From NCBI GenBank assembly GCA_030390025.1, contig CM059431.1:97900001-97964000 (forward strand): a DNA stretch of 64,000 nt, written 5' to 3'. Shown here piece after piece: positions 26,573-37,724 of this stretch. The position numbers were made by a program, and so were the translations under genes. This stretch comes from Squalus acanthias. Lineage: Eukaryota. Positions within the stretch are counted from its first letter, which is position 1. Each line of letters begins with the position of its first letter. The notes below the pieces were generated by a model that searched no databases, had not been told where the DNA came from, and saw only the letters and a list, made by a program, of their open reading frames with translations.

Positions 26573-26613
26573 CTCACGGAACCAACCCCACCATATCGCG
26601 AGCAATACGTTAC

Positions 26614-26730
26614 CTTGTGGACCGTCCGCTCCTCTTGGCCCGATATCGCCTGGTTTTCCTGGTTGGTCTGATGGTTTTAAGGGTCCTGGGGCACCCGTTG
26701 GTCCAGTTGGGCCGATGGGACCTGGTTCAC
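26614..26730 (-). CDS. COL4A2: Collagen IV exon, 117 nt
   Basis: accttag|GT GAA CCA...CCA CAA G|gtaacg; GEPGPIGPTGPTGAPGPLKPSDQPGKPGDIGPRGADGPQG. Confidence 0.95.
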
Positions 26731-26902
26731 CTAAGGTAAATCACACAAACAATAGTGAGCATTTGCAGAGGTTTTAGTGAGCGTTAGTATCTGGATTCAT
26801 CCAGCGTCATTACACAGCGTCAAACACCATATGTGCTGGAGAATCGGAGAATCAAAGGCCACCGACCACATGAACAGTCGCGCTGTTTTATTCAACACTT
26901 AC

Positions 26903-27028
26903 CAGACTCGCCCCTGGGTCCAGCGTCCCCCGGCAGACCGGGATTCCCGGGTTGTGTGCTCGATACTCCTTGCTCCCCTTTCTCACCCGATTCACCAAGG
27001 TGACCTTGAGCTCCTCTCCCACTGACAC
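26903..27028 (-). CDS. COL4A2: Collagen IV exon, 126 nt
   Basis: ctgacag|GT GTC AGT...GAG TCT G|gtaagt; GVSGRGAQGHLGESGEKGEQGVSSTQPGNPGLPGDAGPRGESG. Confidence 0.95.
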
Positions 27029-27245
27029 CTGTCAGTAAAATAACAACATTCCACGTTACCAGCAATGTGCCCTCTGACTGCTTTCTGGGCCGCGCGGCCC
27101 CTTTAACGGGCTATGCGGCCCATTCTAAAATCGGTGCATGCGCGGTTTTTGCATTTAAAAAAGCCGGTGAGCCGGCTGCGCGGGAGCTCCAGAGCGCCGT
27201 GCGCGCCGAAAGGGAACATTGGTTACCATTGTTGTCTAATGCTAA

Positions 27246-27445
27246 CTGTCAGCTTGGCTCAGTTAGTAACACTCTCCTCTTCGGAGGCAGAAGGTCGTAG
27301 GTTTAAGCTTGAGCCTATAATCTAAGGCTGGCACTCAAGTGCTGTACCGAGGGAGTGCAGCATTGTTGGAGGTGCCGCTAAACCGAGGCCCTGTTTGCCC
27401 GTTTAACTGAACGCAAAAGATCCCACGGCACTTTTCAGAAAAGAG
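27246..27445 (+). mobile_element. Degenerate DeuSINE (SacSINE1-like) copy
   Basis: tRNA-like head, then gagggagtgcagcattgttggaggtgcc...aaaccgaggccc...aaaagatcccacggcac; same family as the minus-strand copies, single unexpanded unit. Confidence 0.7.
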
Positions 27446-27594
27446 CAACATTTTTTACTCTAAGGGAGGATTCTTTGGGGGGCCAAGAGGAGCAGGAATT
27501 CCCCAGCCTTCACTACACCCTGGATCCCCCCCCCACCCCTCTCAGAACCCACCTCATGTCGGGGAGCGTTCCCGCGGGTAACCAGTGGCAGCTG

Positions 27595-29465
27595 ACTCCC
27601 GCCCACATTCCCGCTCCCACCCACATTCCCGACTCCCGCCCACATTCCCGCTCCCACCCACATTCCCGACTCCCGCCCACATTCCCGCTCCCACCCACAT
27701 TCCCGACTCCCACCCACATTCCCGCTCCCACCCACATTCCTGACTCCCGCCCACATTCCCGCCTCCCGCCCACATTCCCGCTCCCTCCCGCCCACATTCC
27801 CGCTCCCTCCCGCCCACATTCCCGACGCCTGCCCACATTCCCGCTCCCTCCCGCCCACATTCCCGACTCCCGCCCACATTCCCGCTCCCGCCCACATTCC
27901 CGACTCCCGCCCACATTCATGACTCCCGCCCACATTCCCGCTCCCTCCCGCCCACATTCCTGACTCCCGCCCACATTCCCGACTCCCGCCCACATTCCCG
28001 CTCCCACCCACATTCCCGACTCCCACCCACATTCCCGCTCCCACCCACATTCCTGACTCCCGCCCACATTCCCGCCTCCCGCCCACATTCCCGCTCCCTC
28101 CCGCCCACATTCCCGCTCCCTCCCGCCCACATTCCCGACGCCTGCCCACATTCCCGCTCCCTCCCGCCCACATTCCCGACTCCCGCCCACATTCCCGCTC
28201 CCGCCCACATTCCCGACTCCCGCCCACATTCACGACTCCCGCCCACATTCACGACTCCCGCCCACATTCCCGCTCCCTCCCGCCCACATTCCTGACTCCC
28301 GCCCACATTCCCGACTCCCGCCCACATTCCCGCTCCCTCCCGCCCACATTCCCGCTCCCTCCCGCCCACATTTCCGACTCCCGCCCACATTCCCGCTCCC
28401 TCCCGCCCACATTCCCGACTCCTGCCCACATTCCCACTCCCTCCCGCCCACATTCCCGCTCCCTCCCGCCCACATTCCCGACTCCCGCCCACATTCCCGC
28501 TCCCTCCCATCCACATTCCTGACTCCCGCCCACATTCCTGACTCCCGCCCGCCCACATTCCCGACTCCCGTCCACATTGCCGCTCCCTCCCGCCCACATT
28601 CCTGACTCCCGCCCACATTCCCGCTCCCTCCCGCCCACATTCCCGCCTCCCGCCCACATTCCCGCTCCCACCCACATTCCCGCCTCCCGCCCACATTCCC
28701 GCTCCCTCCCGCCCACATTCCCGACTCCCGCCCACATTCCCGCTCCCTCCCACCCACATTCCCGACTCCCGCCCACATTCCCGCCTCCCGCCCACATTCC
28801 CGCTCCCACCCCCATTCCCGCCTCCCACCCCCATTCCCGCCTCCCACCCCCATTCCCGCTCCCACCCCCATTCCCGCCTCCCGCCCACATTCCCGCTCCC
28901 ACCCACATTCCCGCCTCCCGCCCACATTCCCGCTCCCTCCCGCCCACATTCCCGTCTCCCGCCCACATTCCCGCTCCCTCCCACCCACATTCCCGACTCC
29001 CGCCCACATTCCCGCCTCCCGCCCACATTCCCGCTCCCACCCCCATTCCCGCCTCCCACCCCCATTCCCGCTCCCACCCCCATTCCCGCCTCCCGCCCAC
29101 ATTCCCGCTCCCACCCCCATTCCCGCCTCCCGCCCACATTCCCGCTCCCACCCACATTCCCGACTCCCGCCCACATTCCCGACTCCCGTCCACATTCCCG
29201 CTCACTCCCGCCCACATTCCCGCTCCCTCCCGCCCACATTCCCGACTCCCGCCCACATTCCCGCTCCCTCCCGCCCACATTCCTGACTCCCGCCCACATT
29301 TCCGACTCCCGCCCACATTCCCGCTCCCTCCCGCCCACATTCCCGCTCCCTCCCGCCCACATTCCTGACTCCTGCCCACATTCCCGCTCCCTCCCGCCCA
29401 CATTCCCGACTCCCGCCCACATTCCCGCCCCCTGCCGCCCACATTCCCGCTCCCTCCCGCCCACA
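27595..29465. repeat. C-rich minisatellite, mixed 18-22 bp units
   Basis: Units CCCGCCCACATTCCCGACT, CCCGCCCACATTCCCGCTCCCT and CCCACCCACATTCCCGCT over about 1.9 kb. Confidence 0.97.
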
Positions 29466-29466
29466 A

Positions 29467-29712
29467 GACTGTCTGTGTGGAGTTTGCACATTCTCCCCGT
29501 GTCTACGTGGGTTTCCTCCGGGTGCTCCGGTTTCCTCCCACAGTCCAAAGATGTGCGGGTTAGGTTGATTTGGCTGTGATAAATTGACCCTTAGTGTTAG
29601 GGGGATTAAATACGTGGGGTTACGGGGATAGGGTGGGATATGTGTCGGTGCAGGCTCGATGGGCCGAAATGGCCTCTATCTGCACTGTGGGGATTCTGTG
29701 ATTCTGTGATTC
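29467..29712 (+). mobile_element. 5'-truncated HE1-like V-SINE
   Basis: V-domain core gtggagtttgcacattctccccgtg...gggtttcctccgggtgctccggtttcctcccacagtccaaagatgtg; CR1-type tail gggccgaaatggcc...(attctgtg)2. Confidence 0.85.
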
Positions 29713-29747
29713 CCGCTCCCTCCCGCCCACATTCCCGCTCCCACCCG

Positions 29748-30272
29748 CCGGCCTCGACCCCATTCCCACCGGCCTCGACCCCATTCCCACCGGCCTCGAC
29801 CCCATTCCCCCCGGCCTCGACCCCAATTCCCCCAGCCTCGACCCCATTCCCACCGGCCTCGACCCCATCCCCGCCGGCCTCGACCCCATTCCCGCCGGAC
29901 TTGACCCCATTCCCACCGGCCTCGATCCCATTCCCGCCGGCCTCGATCCCATTCCCACCGGCCTCGACCTCATTCCCACCGGCCTCGACCCCATTCCCAC
30001 CGGCCTCGATCCCATTCCCACCTGCCTCGACCCCATTCCCACCGGCCTCGACCCCATTCCCACCGGCCTCGACCCCATTCCCACCGGCCTCGATCCCATT
30101 CCCACCGGCCTCGATCCCATTCCCACCGGCCTCGATCCCATTCCCACCGGCCTCGATCCCATTCCCACCGGCCTCAATCCCATTCCCACCTGCCTTGACC
30201 CCATTCCCGCCGGCCTTGACCCCATTCCCACCGGACTTGACCCCATTCCCACCGGCCTCGACCCCATTCCCG
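29748..30272. repeat. 21-bp minisatellite, about 25 copies
   Basis: Unit GGCCTCGACCCCATTCCCACC. Confidence 0.97.
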
Positions 30273-30799
30273 TCCACTTTGGGCGGGGGACCGATTTCAG
30301 ATTTTAAAATAAGGTCCAGCTGTTTTAAAGTTGGCGATTTCTTGGCGTGCCGCCGGTTTCTGCCCCCCCCCCGCTCTCCGATTCCCCGGCCCAAGTTTAA
30401 ATCAACCCCCATCTCTCGGAGCCTCATAGTTGATTGTGTTCCCCACTCACTGGCACCACCACCGCCCTCATTTAATAGAATCGGCCAATCAAGCAGCTCA
30501 GAAGGAGGCCATTCGGCCCATCTTTATTTAATTGTGGCTCAGCAGCCTCGTCAACTTCTCCGCTGCCAGATCCGAACTTCCAGTTTAGATTCTTTTTGCC
30601 AAGAATTTAAACCAAACATACGGGGAACAAAGCCGATTGATATTCTTCCGATTAAAACCTCTAGGCATTCATTTCACCAGCACAACTCTATCGAGCCGAT
30701 AATCAGAGGAAAGAAATGTTTAAATTCCCAGATATTTGGGTGAAGGAGTCACAAACAAACCAGCTCTTGCTGTGTTTTAAGAGATAATGTCGGCCTTTC

Positions 30800-31298
30800 A
30801 GAGGGTGCAGAGGAGATTTACCAGAATGGTTCCAGGAATCAGGGACTTCAGTGATGTGGAGAGACTGGAGAAACTGGGATTGTTCTCCTTGGAGCAGAGA
30901 AGGTTAAGAGGAGATTTAATAGAGGTGTTCAAAATGATGAGGGCTTTGATCGAGTAAATAAGGAGAAACTGTTTCCAGTGGCAGGAGGGTGGGTAACCAG
31001 AGGACACAGATTGAAGATAATTGGCAAAAGAATCCGAGGGGAGATGAGGAGAATTGTTTTAACGCAGCGAGTTGTTGTGATCTGGAATCCGCTGCCTGAA
31101 AGGGCGGTGGAAGCAGATTCAATAAAAACTTTCAAAAGGGAATTGAATAAATACTTGCAAAGAAAGATGTGCAGGGCTATGGGGACAAAGCAGGGGGGTG
31201 GGGGGGAGTGGGACTAATTGGAGAGCTCGTTCACAGAGCCGGCACAGGCACGATGGGCCGAATGGCCTCCTCCTGTGCTGTAAGATTCTATGATTCCA
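30800..31298 (+). mobile_element. CR1 LINE 3' fragment
   Basis: RVQRRFTRM...TRGHRLK...TQRVV; tail gggccgaatggcc...gattctatgattc. Confidence 0.9.
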
Positions 31299-31589
31299 TG
31301 GGTGAGAAATTGATGTTCTTACCGCCACCTGGTAGCGCCAGCGAGGCGTGCAAAAATGGCGGCCGCCACTCTTGCGCCAGCTGGAAGCTGCCGCCATATT
31401 GGTTGGCACCTTTGCGCTGCTGGTAACCGGCAGTGCCCTGAAAAATTAAATGGCGGCATAGTGACGCCGACTTAATGTCATCTACGCAAACTTCGACCCT
31501 AGGGCGCAAGTTAGCGCTGGGTCCTAAGCACGCCAGGTTAACAGACGCTGACAGGGGCGATATCTGCAGCTGTTAAAGGGACACACACA

Positions 31590-32800
31590 TCATAAGAACA
31601 TAATAAATAGGAGCAGGAGTAGGCCATTCGGCCCTTCGAGCCTGCTCCACCATTCAATGAGATCATGGCTGATCTTCTGCCTCAATTCCATTCACCGGCC
31701 CTATCGCCATATCCCTTGATGCCCTTACTAGTCAGAAATCTATCGACTTCTGTTTTGAATATACCCAATGACTGAGCCCCCACAGCCCTCTGGGGTAGAG
31801 AATTCCAAAGATTCACCACCCTCTGTGTGAAGAAATTTCTTCTCATCTCAGTCCTGAATGGCCTACCCTTTAGCCTGAGGCTGTGGCCCCTGGTTCTGGA
31901 CTCCCCAGCCAAGGGAAACATTCTCCCAGCATCCACCCTATCAAGCCCTGTAATAATTTTCTATGCTTCAATGAGATCCCCTCTCATTCTTCTGAATTCA
32001 AGAGAATACAGGCCTAGTTTACTCAATCTCTTCTCATACGACAGTCCCGCCATCCCAGGAATCAATCTCGTGAACCTTCGTTGCACTCCCTCTATGGCAA
32101 GTATATCCTTCCTTAGGTAAGGAGACCAAAATTGTACACAATACTCCAGGTGTGGTCTCACCAAGGCCCTATATAATTGGAGTAAGACTTCTTTACTCCT
32201 GTACTCAAATCCTCTTGTAATGAAGGCCAGCATACCATTTGCCTTCCTAATGGCTTGCTGCACCTGCACATTCACTTTCAGTGACTCATGTACAAGGACA
32301 CCCAGGTCCCTTTGAGCATCTGCATTTCCCAATCTTTCACCATTTAGGAAATACTCTGCCTTTCTGTTTTTCTACCAAAGTGGATAACTTCACATTTATC
32401 CACATTATATTCCATCTGCCATGTTCTCGCCCACTCACTGAGCCTGTCGAGATCCTCTTGAAGCCTCTTCACATCCTCTTCGCAACTGACATTGCAACCT
32501 AGCTTTGTATCATCAGCAAATTTGGAAATGTTACATTTAGTCCCCTCATCCAAATCATTGACATAGATTGTGAATAGCTGGGGCCCAAGCACCGATCCTT
32601 GCGGTACCCCACTAGTCACAGCCTGCCATCCTGAAAAAGACCCGTTTATCCCTACTCTTTGCTTTCTGTCTGTTAACCAATTCTCAATCCATGCTAGTAT
32701 ATTACCCCCAATTCCATGTGCCCTAATTTTGTTCACCAACCTCTTGTGTGGGACCTTATCGAAGGCCTTCTGAAAATCCAGATACGCCACATCTACCGGT
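31590..32800 (-). mobile_element. 5'-truncated CR1 LINE with frameshift and stop
   Basis: ORF pieces 32344-32790, 31961-32332 and 31682-31936 with YLDFQKAFDKVPH and FADDTK; CR1 tail. Confidence 0.95.
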
Positions 32801-32965
32801 TCTAGGTAAGTTTGAATGGAAAGGTTTGGACAGGTTTTTCTTTATTTTATTGACGTGCTGGCTTGCTGCAATAGATGTGAAAAGTTTTTTTAAAGAGTTT
32901 TGGGAGTGCTGCTGGACGCTTGCAAGGACTCAGATGGTAAATGAAGACCTTCGAGAAGACAGAAC

Positions 32966-33067
32966 ATGCTGCGAATACTCAGCAGGTCACACAACATCCG
33001 TGGAGAGAAAAACAGAGTTCACATCTCAGGTGGAGATGCTGCCTGACCAACTGAGTATTTCCAGCAT
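32966..33067. repeat. About 100-bp hairpin element
   Basis: Arms ATGCTGCGAATACTCAGCAGGTCA and TGACCAACTGAGTATTTCCAGCAT are complementary at 20 of 24 positions. Confidence 0.75.
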
Positions 33068-33369
33068 TTTATGCTGTCATTTCACACTTACAGCATCCGC
33101 TAGCAGAGGGAAGAGGAAGACGCAGAAGAGGAGGAATGAGGCAGAAGGATGCATCCCAGGCAGCCCCTTTGTGGCCGGGATATCCGAAATGGAATCATCC
33201 GCCTGCGGTCCCACTGGCTGGGCAGGCTGCATTTCTTGGGTGTGTGAAATGAGGAAGAAGGATGGAGTTGTGCTGACGGGAGGGCGGGAAGTCTATCGGT
33301 GCATGCGAGAAGGGGGATAACGTACGAGGATACCCACATCTTGTATCCATTCAGCCCTGCCGCAGGCCA

Positions 33370-33818
33370 AGGGCTGAGCCATGCCTCTGCCAAGAATGGC
33401 CAGCACCGTCTCCTCCAAGGGGGTGAGGTGGAGCTAGGAATGGGAGGTGTGCTTTGTGATTGGTACAGATTGTTGGTAGGTGAGTGATTGCGGGGGGTGG
33501 GGGGGGGGGGTGGAAGTCATGCATTGAGCAGTGTGTGAGGCTCGTGGTGCAGTTGGTAGGAGACAGGTTTTGAAGATGCATTCACTGACCTTGACCAGTG
33601 GTCTGAGGTCATGAAGCTTCTTTGGGCACTGGAGCCAGGTGGTGGGGGCGACACTGCTGGCAGTGACGGCCTCGGTGATGTGGTCCCACATCGTTCTTTC
33701 TGGAGGGCCTCCTGGCCCCTGTGGGTAGAGGACCTCTCTTACAGTGTTGACCCCCTGCACAAAGCTGGAGTGCTGCGTGCGAGACCCTCGGTGCCCCTTC
33801 CCTGGCTTGCTGAGTCAT
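33370..33818 (-). pseudogene. Frameshifted Myb/SANT-like DNA-binding gene (Harbinger ORF2-type)
   Basis: Across frames: MTQQAREGAPRVSHAALQ / REVLYPQG / WDHITEAVTASSVAPTTWLQCPKKLHDLRPLVK, then donor-like AAG|gtcagt, then HLTPLEETVLAILG. Confidence 0.72.
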
Positions 33819-33918
33819 TTGTGGTAGTGCTGAGGCACTTTTCCCATTTGTTGAGTTTCGGAAGGTAATTCAGCTTTAATAGCTGAATATTCACATTTGG
33901 AACTTCTTTTAAATATTG

Positions 33919-35355
33919 AATAGAAACATAGAAAATAGGTACAGGAGTAGACCATTCGGTCCTTCGAGCCTGCACCGCCATTCAATGCGTTCATGGCTGA
34001 ACATGCTACCTCAGTACCCCATTCCTGCTTTCTCGCCATACCCCTTGATCCCCTTAGTTGTGAGTGTTATATCTAACTCCCTTTTGAATATATTTAGCGA
34101 ACTGGCCTCAACAACCTTCTGTGGAAGAGAATTCCATAGATTCACCACTCTCTGGGTGAAGAAGTTCCTCCTCAGCTCAGTCCTAAATGGCTTCCCCTTA
34201 ATCCTTAGACTGTGACCCCTGGTTCTAGTTTTCCCTACCATTGGGAACATTCTGCCCGCATCTAATTTGTCTAAACCAGTCAGGATTTTAAATGTCTCTA
34301 TAAGATCCCCCCTCATTCTTCTGAACTCCAGAGGATACAAGTTCAGTTGACCCAATCTTTCTTGATATGTCAGTCCGGCCATCCCAGGAATCAATCTAGT
34401 GAACCTTCGCTGCACTCCCTCAATAGCAAGAATGTCCTTCCTTAAGTTAGGAGACCAAAACTGCACACAATACTCCAGGTGTGGCCTCACCAAGGCCCTG
34501 TACAACTGTAGCATCACCTCCCTACTCCTGTACTCAAATCCCCTTGCTATGAAGGCCATCATTCCGTTTGCTTTCTTGACTGCCTGCTGCACTTGCATTC
34601 CCACCTTCAGTGACTGATGTACCATGACGCCCAGGTCTCGTTGCACGTCCCCTTTCCCTAATCTGCCACCATTCAGGTAATAGTCCGCCTTTCTATTTTT
34701 ACCACCAAAGTGGATAACCTCACATTTATCCACATTGTACTTCATCTGCCATACATTTGCCCATTCACCCAACCTGTCCAAGTCACTCTGTAGCCTCCTA
34801 GCATCCTCCTCATTGTTCACACTGCCTCCCAATTTAGTGTCATCCGCAAATTTGGAGATATTACATGTAATCCCTTCGTCCAAATCATTAATATATAATG
34901 TAAACAGCTGGGGTCCCAGCACCGAACCCTGCGGTACCCCGCTGGTCACTGCCTGCCATTCTGAAAAGTACCCATTTACTCCTACTCTTTGTTTCCTGTG
35001 TGCCAACCAGTTCTCAATCCACGTCAACACATTACCCCCAATCCCATGTGCTTTAACTTTGCTCACCAATCTCTTGTGTGGGACCTTGTCGAAGGCCTTC
35101 TGAAAGTCCAAATACACCACATCTACTGGTTCCCCCCTGTCCACCCTATTGGAAACATCCTCAAAAAATTCCAGAAGATTTGTCAAGCATGATTTCCCTT
35201 TCACAAATCCATGCTGACTTGGACCTATCATGTCGCCACTTTCCAAATGGTCTGTTATGACATCTTTAATAATTGCTTCCATCATTTTACCCACGACCGA
35301 TGTCAGGCTGACCGGTCTATAATTCCCTGCTTTCTCCCTCCCTCCTTTTTTAAAT
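33919..35355 (-). mobile_element. 5'-truncated CR1 LINE with uninterrupted ORF2 segment
   Basis: 427-aa ORF with SQHGF, YLDFQKAFD, PQGSVLGP and FADDTK; (TTTCTATG)-type tail; flanking TTTTAAATATT duplication. Confidence 0.97.
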
Positions 35356-35854
35356 ATTTGTTAAAAGACAGAAAAGGCTGAAAAATGTATTGAATCAGTG
35401 CATTGTATTTTCCTTTGCTTCAATGTGCGTGGCCCCTTTAAATTTCAGAGCTCCTCACTGCCCACAATGCATTGTGAGCGTCACAGCCTCGCGCACAGAC
35501 GCTCGGGGAAGCAGCAACGCCGCACCAGCACGACAAATTGGTCCCGGATCCCTCGTGGAACGCCACCAGGACGGCGTTGCGCCTAAGGTTAGCGCTGCAC
35601 CACCTACCACCATGCCCCCCACACCAATTGACCTCGTTTAGCGCGGCGGCCATTAGCGGCAGTTGGCGAGGACATCGACTGCTTTCCGGGTGGGAACGAA
35701 CTTTTCCCGCTCTGTGTTTGCAGTCCTGGCACCGACTCCGCTGGACCTGGATCTGAGCTCCCGGGGGTGAAATTCCACTCCAGAAGTGTGAATTTGTAAA
35801 ATGACCCGTTTAATCCGAGCCAAATATATAATCGGATGATACACAAAGTTTTTC

Positions 35855-37132
35855 GCTAAAGGAAGAGCTTTTCACAATCACCAGACGTCACAAATCGCTT
35901 CACAGCCAATGAAGCATTCTTGGAGTGTGGTCATTGCTGTAATGTAGGAAACGCGACAGCCAATTCACGCACAGCAAGCTCCCACAAACAGCAATGTGAT
36001 AATGACCAGATAATCTGTTTTAATGATGTTGATTGAGGGATAAATATTGGCCCCAGGACACTGCGGAGAACTCCCTGCACTTCTTTGAAAAAGTGCCGTG
36101 GGATCTTTTACATCCACCTGAGAAGGCAGATGGGGCCTCAATTTAACATTTCATCTGAAAGACGGCACCTCTGACAGAGCGGCGCTCCCTCAGTACTACC
36201 CCTCCGACAGTGCGGCGCTCCCTCAGTACTGACCCTCTGACAGAGCGGCGCTCCCTCAGTACTGACCCTCCGACAGTGTGGCTCTCCCTCAGTACTGACC
36301 CTCCGACAGTGCGGCGCTCCCTCAGTACTGACCCTCCGACAGTGCGGCTCTCCCTTAGTACTGACCCTCCGACAGTGCGGCGCTCCCTCAGTACTGACCC
36401 TCCGACAGTGCAGCGCTCCCTCAGTACTGACACTCTGACAGAGCGGCGCTCCCTCAGTACTGACCCTCCGACAGTGCGGCACTCCCTCAGTACTGACCCT
36501 CCGACAGTGCGGCACTCCCTCAGTACTGACCCTCCGACAGTGCGGCGCTCCCTCAGTACTGACCCTCTGACAGAGCGGCGCTCCCTCAGTACTGACCCTC
36601 TGACAGAGCGGCGCTCCCTCAGTACTGACCCTCCGACAGTGCAGCGCTCCCTCAGTACTGACCCTCCGACAGTGCAGCGCTCCCTCAGTACTGCCCCTCC
36701 GACAGTGTGGCTCTCCCTCAGTACTGCCCCTCCGACAGTGCAGCGCTCCCTCAGTACTGCCCCTCCGACAGTGCAGCGCTCCCTCAGTACTGACCCTCCG
36801 ACAGTGCGGCTCTCCCTTAGTACTGACCCTCCGACAGTGCAGCACTCCCTCAGTACTGACCCTCCGACAGTGCGGCTCTCCCTTAGTACTGCCCCTCCGA
36901 CAGTGCAGCGCTCCCTCAGTACTGACCCTCCGACAGTGCAGCACTCCCTCAGTACTGACCCTCCGACAGTGCAGCGCTCCCTCAGTACTGCCCCTCCGAC
37001 AGTGCAGCGCTCCCTCAGTACTGCAATGGAGTGTCAGTTTGGATTTTTGTGCTCAAGTCTCTGGAGTGGGGCTCGAACCCACGACCTTCTGACTCGGAGG
37101 TGAGGGTGCTGCCCACTGAGCCACGGCTGACA
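35855..37132 (-). mobile_element. DeuSINE (SacSINE1-like) with about 26 copies of an internal 33-bp unit
   Basis: tRNA-like head with B-box GGTTCGAGCC, Deu-domain-like core, L2-like tail; unit CAGTACTG(A/C)CCCTCCGACAGTGCGGCGCTCCCT at about 36165-37023. Confidence 0.85.
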
Positions 37133-37193
37133 CAACTTGCTCCCGTTGTCCGTATTGATGGAGTAACTAGTCAGAGAAAAAGCTAGACAGTAC

Positions 37194-37265
37194 CTGGGGA
37201 TCCCGGGAAACCTTTATTTCCTGTTAACCCGTCTAAACCTGGCAGACCTTCGGAACCTTGCCAAC
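37194..37265 (-). CDS. COL4A2: Collagen IV exon, 72 nt
   Basis: ccaacag|GT TGG CAA...TCC CCA G|gtactg; [25 protein letters not shown]. Confidence 0.95.
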
Positions 37266-37724
37266 CTGTTGGAAAATTCACAATTCAAACTTATTAACAT
37301 TAAAATAGGGTATCCTAAAGTTTCATCGTTTTACATTGAAAATCACCTGAGCTTTAAAAAATCCCCACAGGGGTACGGTCAATATATTGATCAGTGAAAG
37401 GAGATTTGCCTTTGAGTGCCAGTCTGATCGAGAACTCAGCCCCAGATCAAACAGCTCAGAAAACGTTCCAGGGAGAACACTGAGTTTCAAAGAGGGATGG
37501 GTAACTTTTTGGAGACATAGGATGGATCCCAGTTTTACGGCCAGTGAGTGGGCGGGAGGAGATTACACGGAAATTCAACACCCCGTACATGGAAATTCTG
37601 AGCCCCCTCCACCATTCCAAATTCCCACGGCTCGGGAGGAACAGGTGACTTTGGACCTCTGGTTCCCAAAGCTCTTCAACACGGGGGGTTTTCCTCGCCT
37701 CATGTCTGGGTCTGTAGTTTATTT

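Larger units (their letters stand above)
31300..35710. mobile_element. Decayed PIF/Harbinger-type DNA transposon interrupted by two CR1 insertions (outer limits uncertain)
   Basis: Internal Myb/SANT-like pseudogene; GC-rich subterminal regions; left end GGTGAGAAATTG resembles the GGGNNNAAATT termini of MITE-like elements in this window. Confidence 0.5.

Noticed and set aside
3184..26671. Very long ORFs (up to 2268 aa; SLSDRDWSTL, RSLSESVDQS and RVLTSRGHSV repeats)
   Set aside because: The unit is 30 bp and lacks stops in three frames, so long ORFs arise automatically on both strands. There is no unique domain and there are 1-bp frameshifts. Read-through from the upstream collagen exon reaches TGA 14 codons into the intron, at the edge of the array.
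27460..30743. Gly-rich and Pro-rich ORFs (MWAGGSGNVGG, EAGGNGV)
   Set aside because: Translations of minisatellites; not Gly-X-Y, and no supporting splice structure.
36138..37103. HCRRVSTEG-repeat ORF that looks like a metal-binding repeat protein
   Set aside because: Translation of the 33-bp array inside a SINE.
37025..37132. tRNA gene
   Set aside because: The A/B-box-like sequence is a SINE head; I see no complete cloverleaf.
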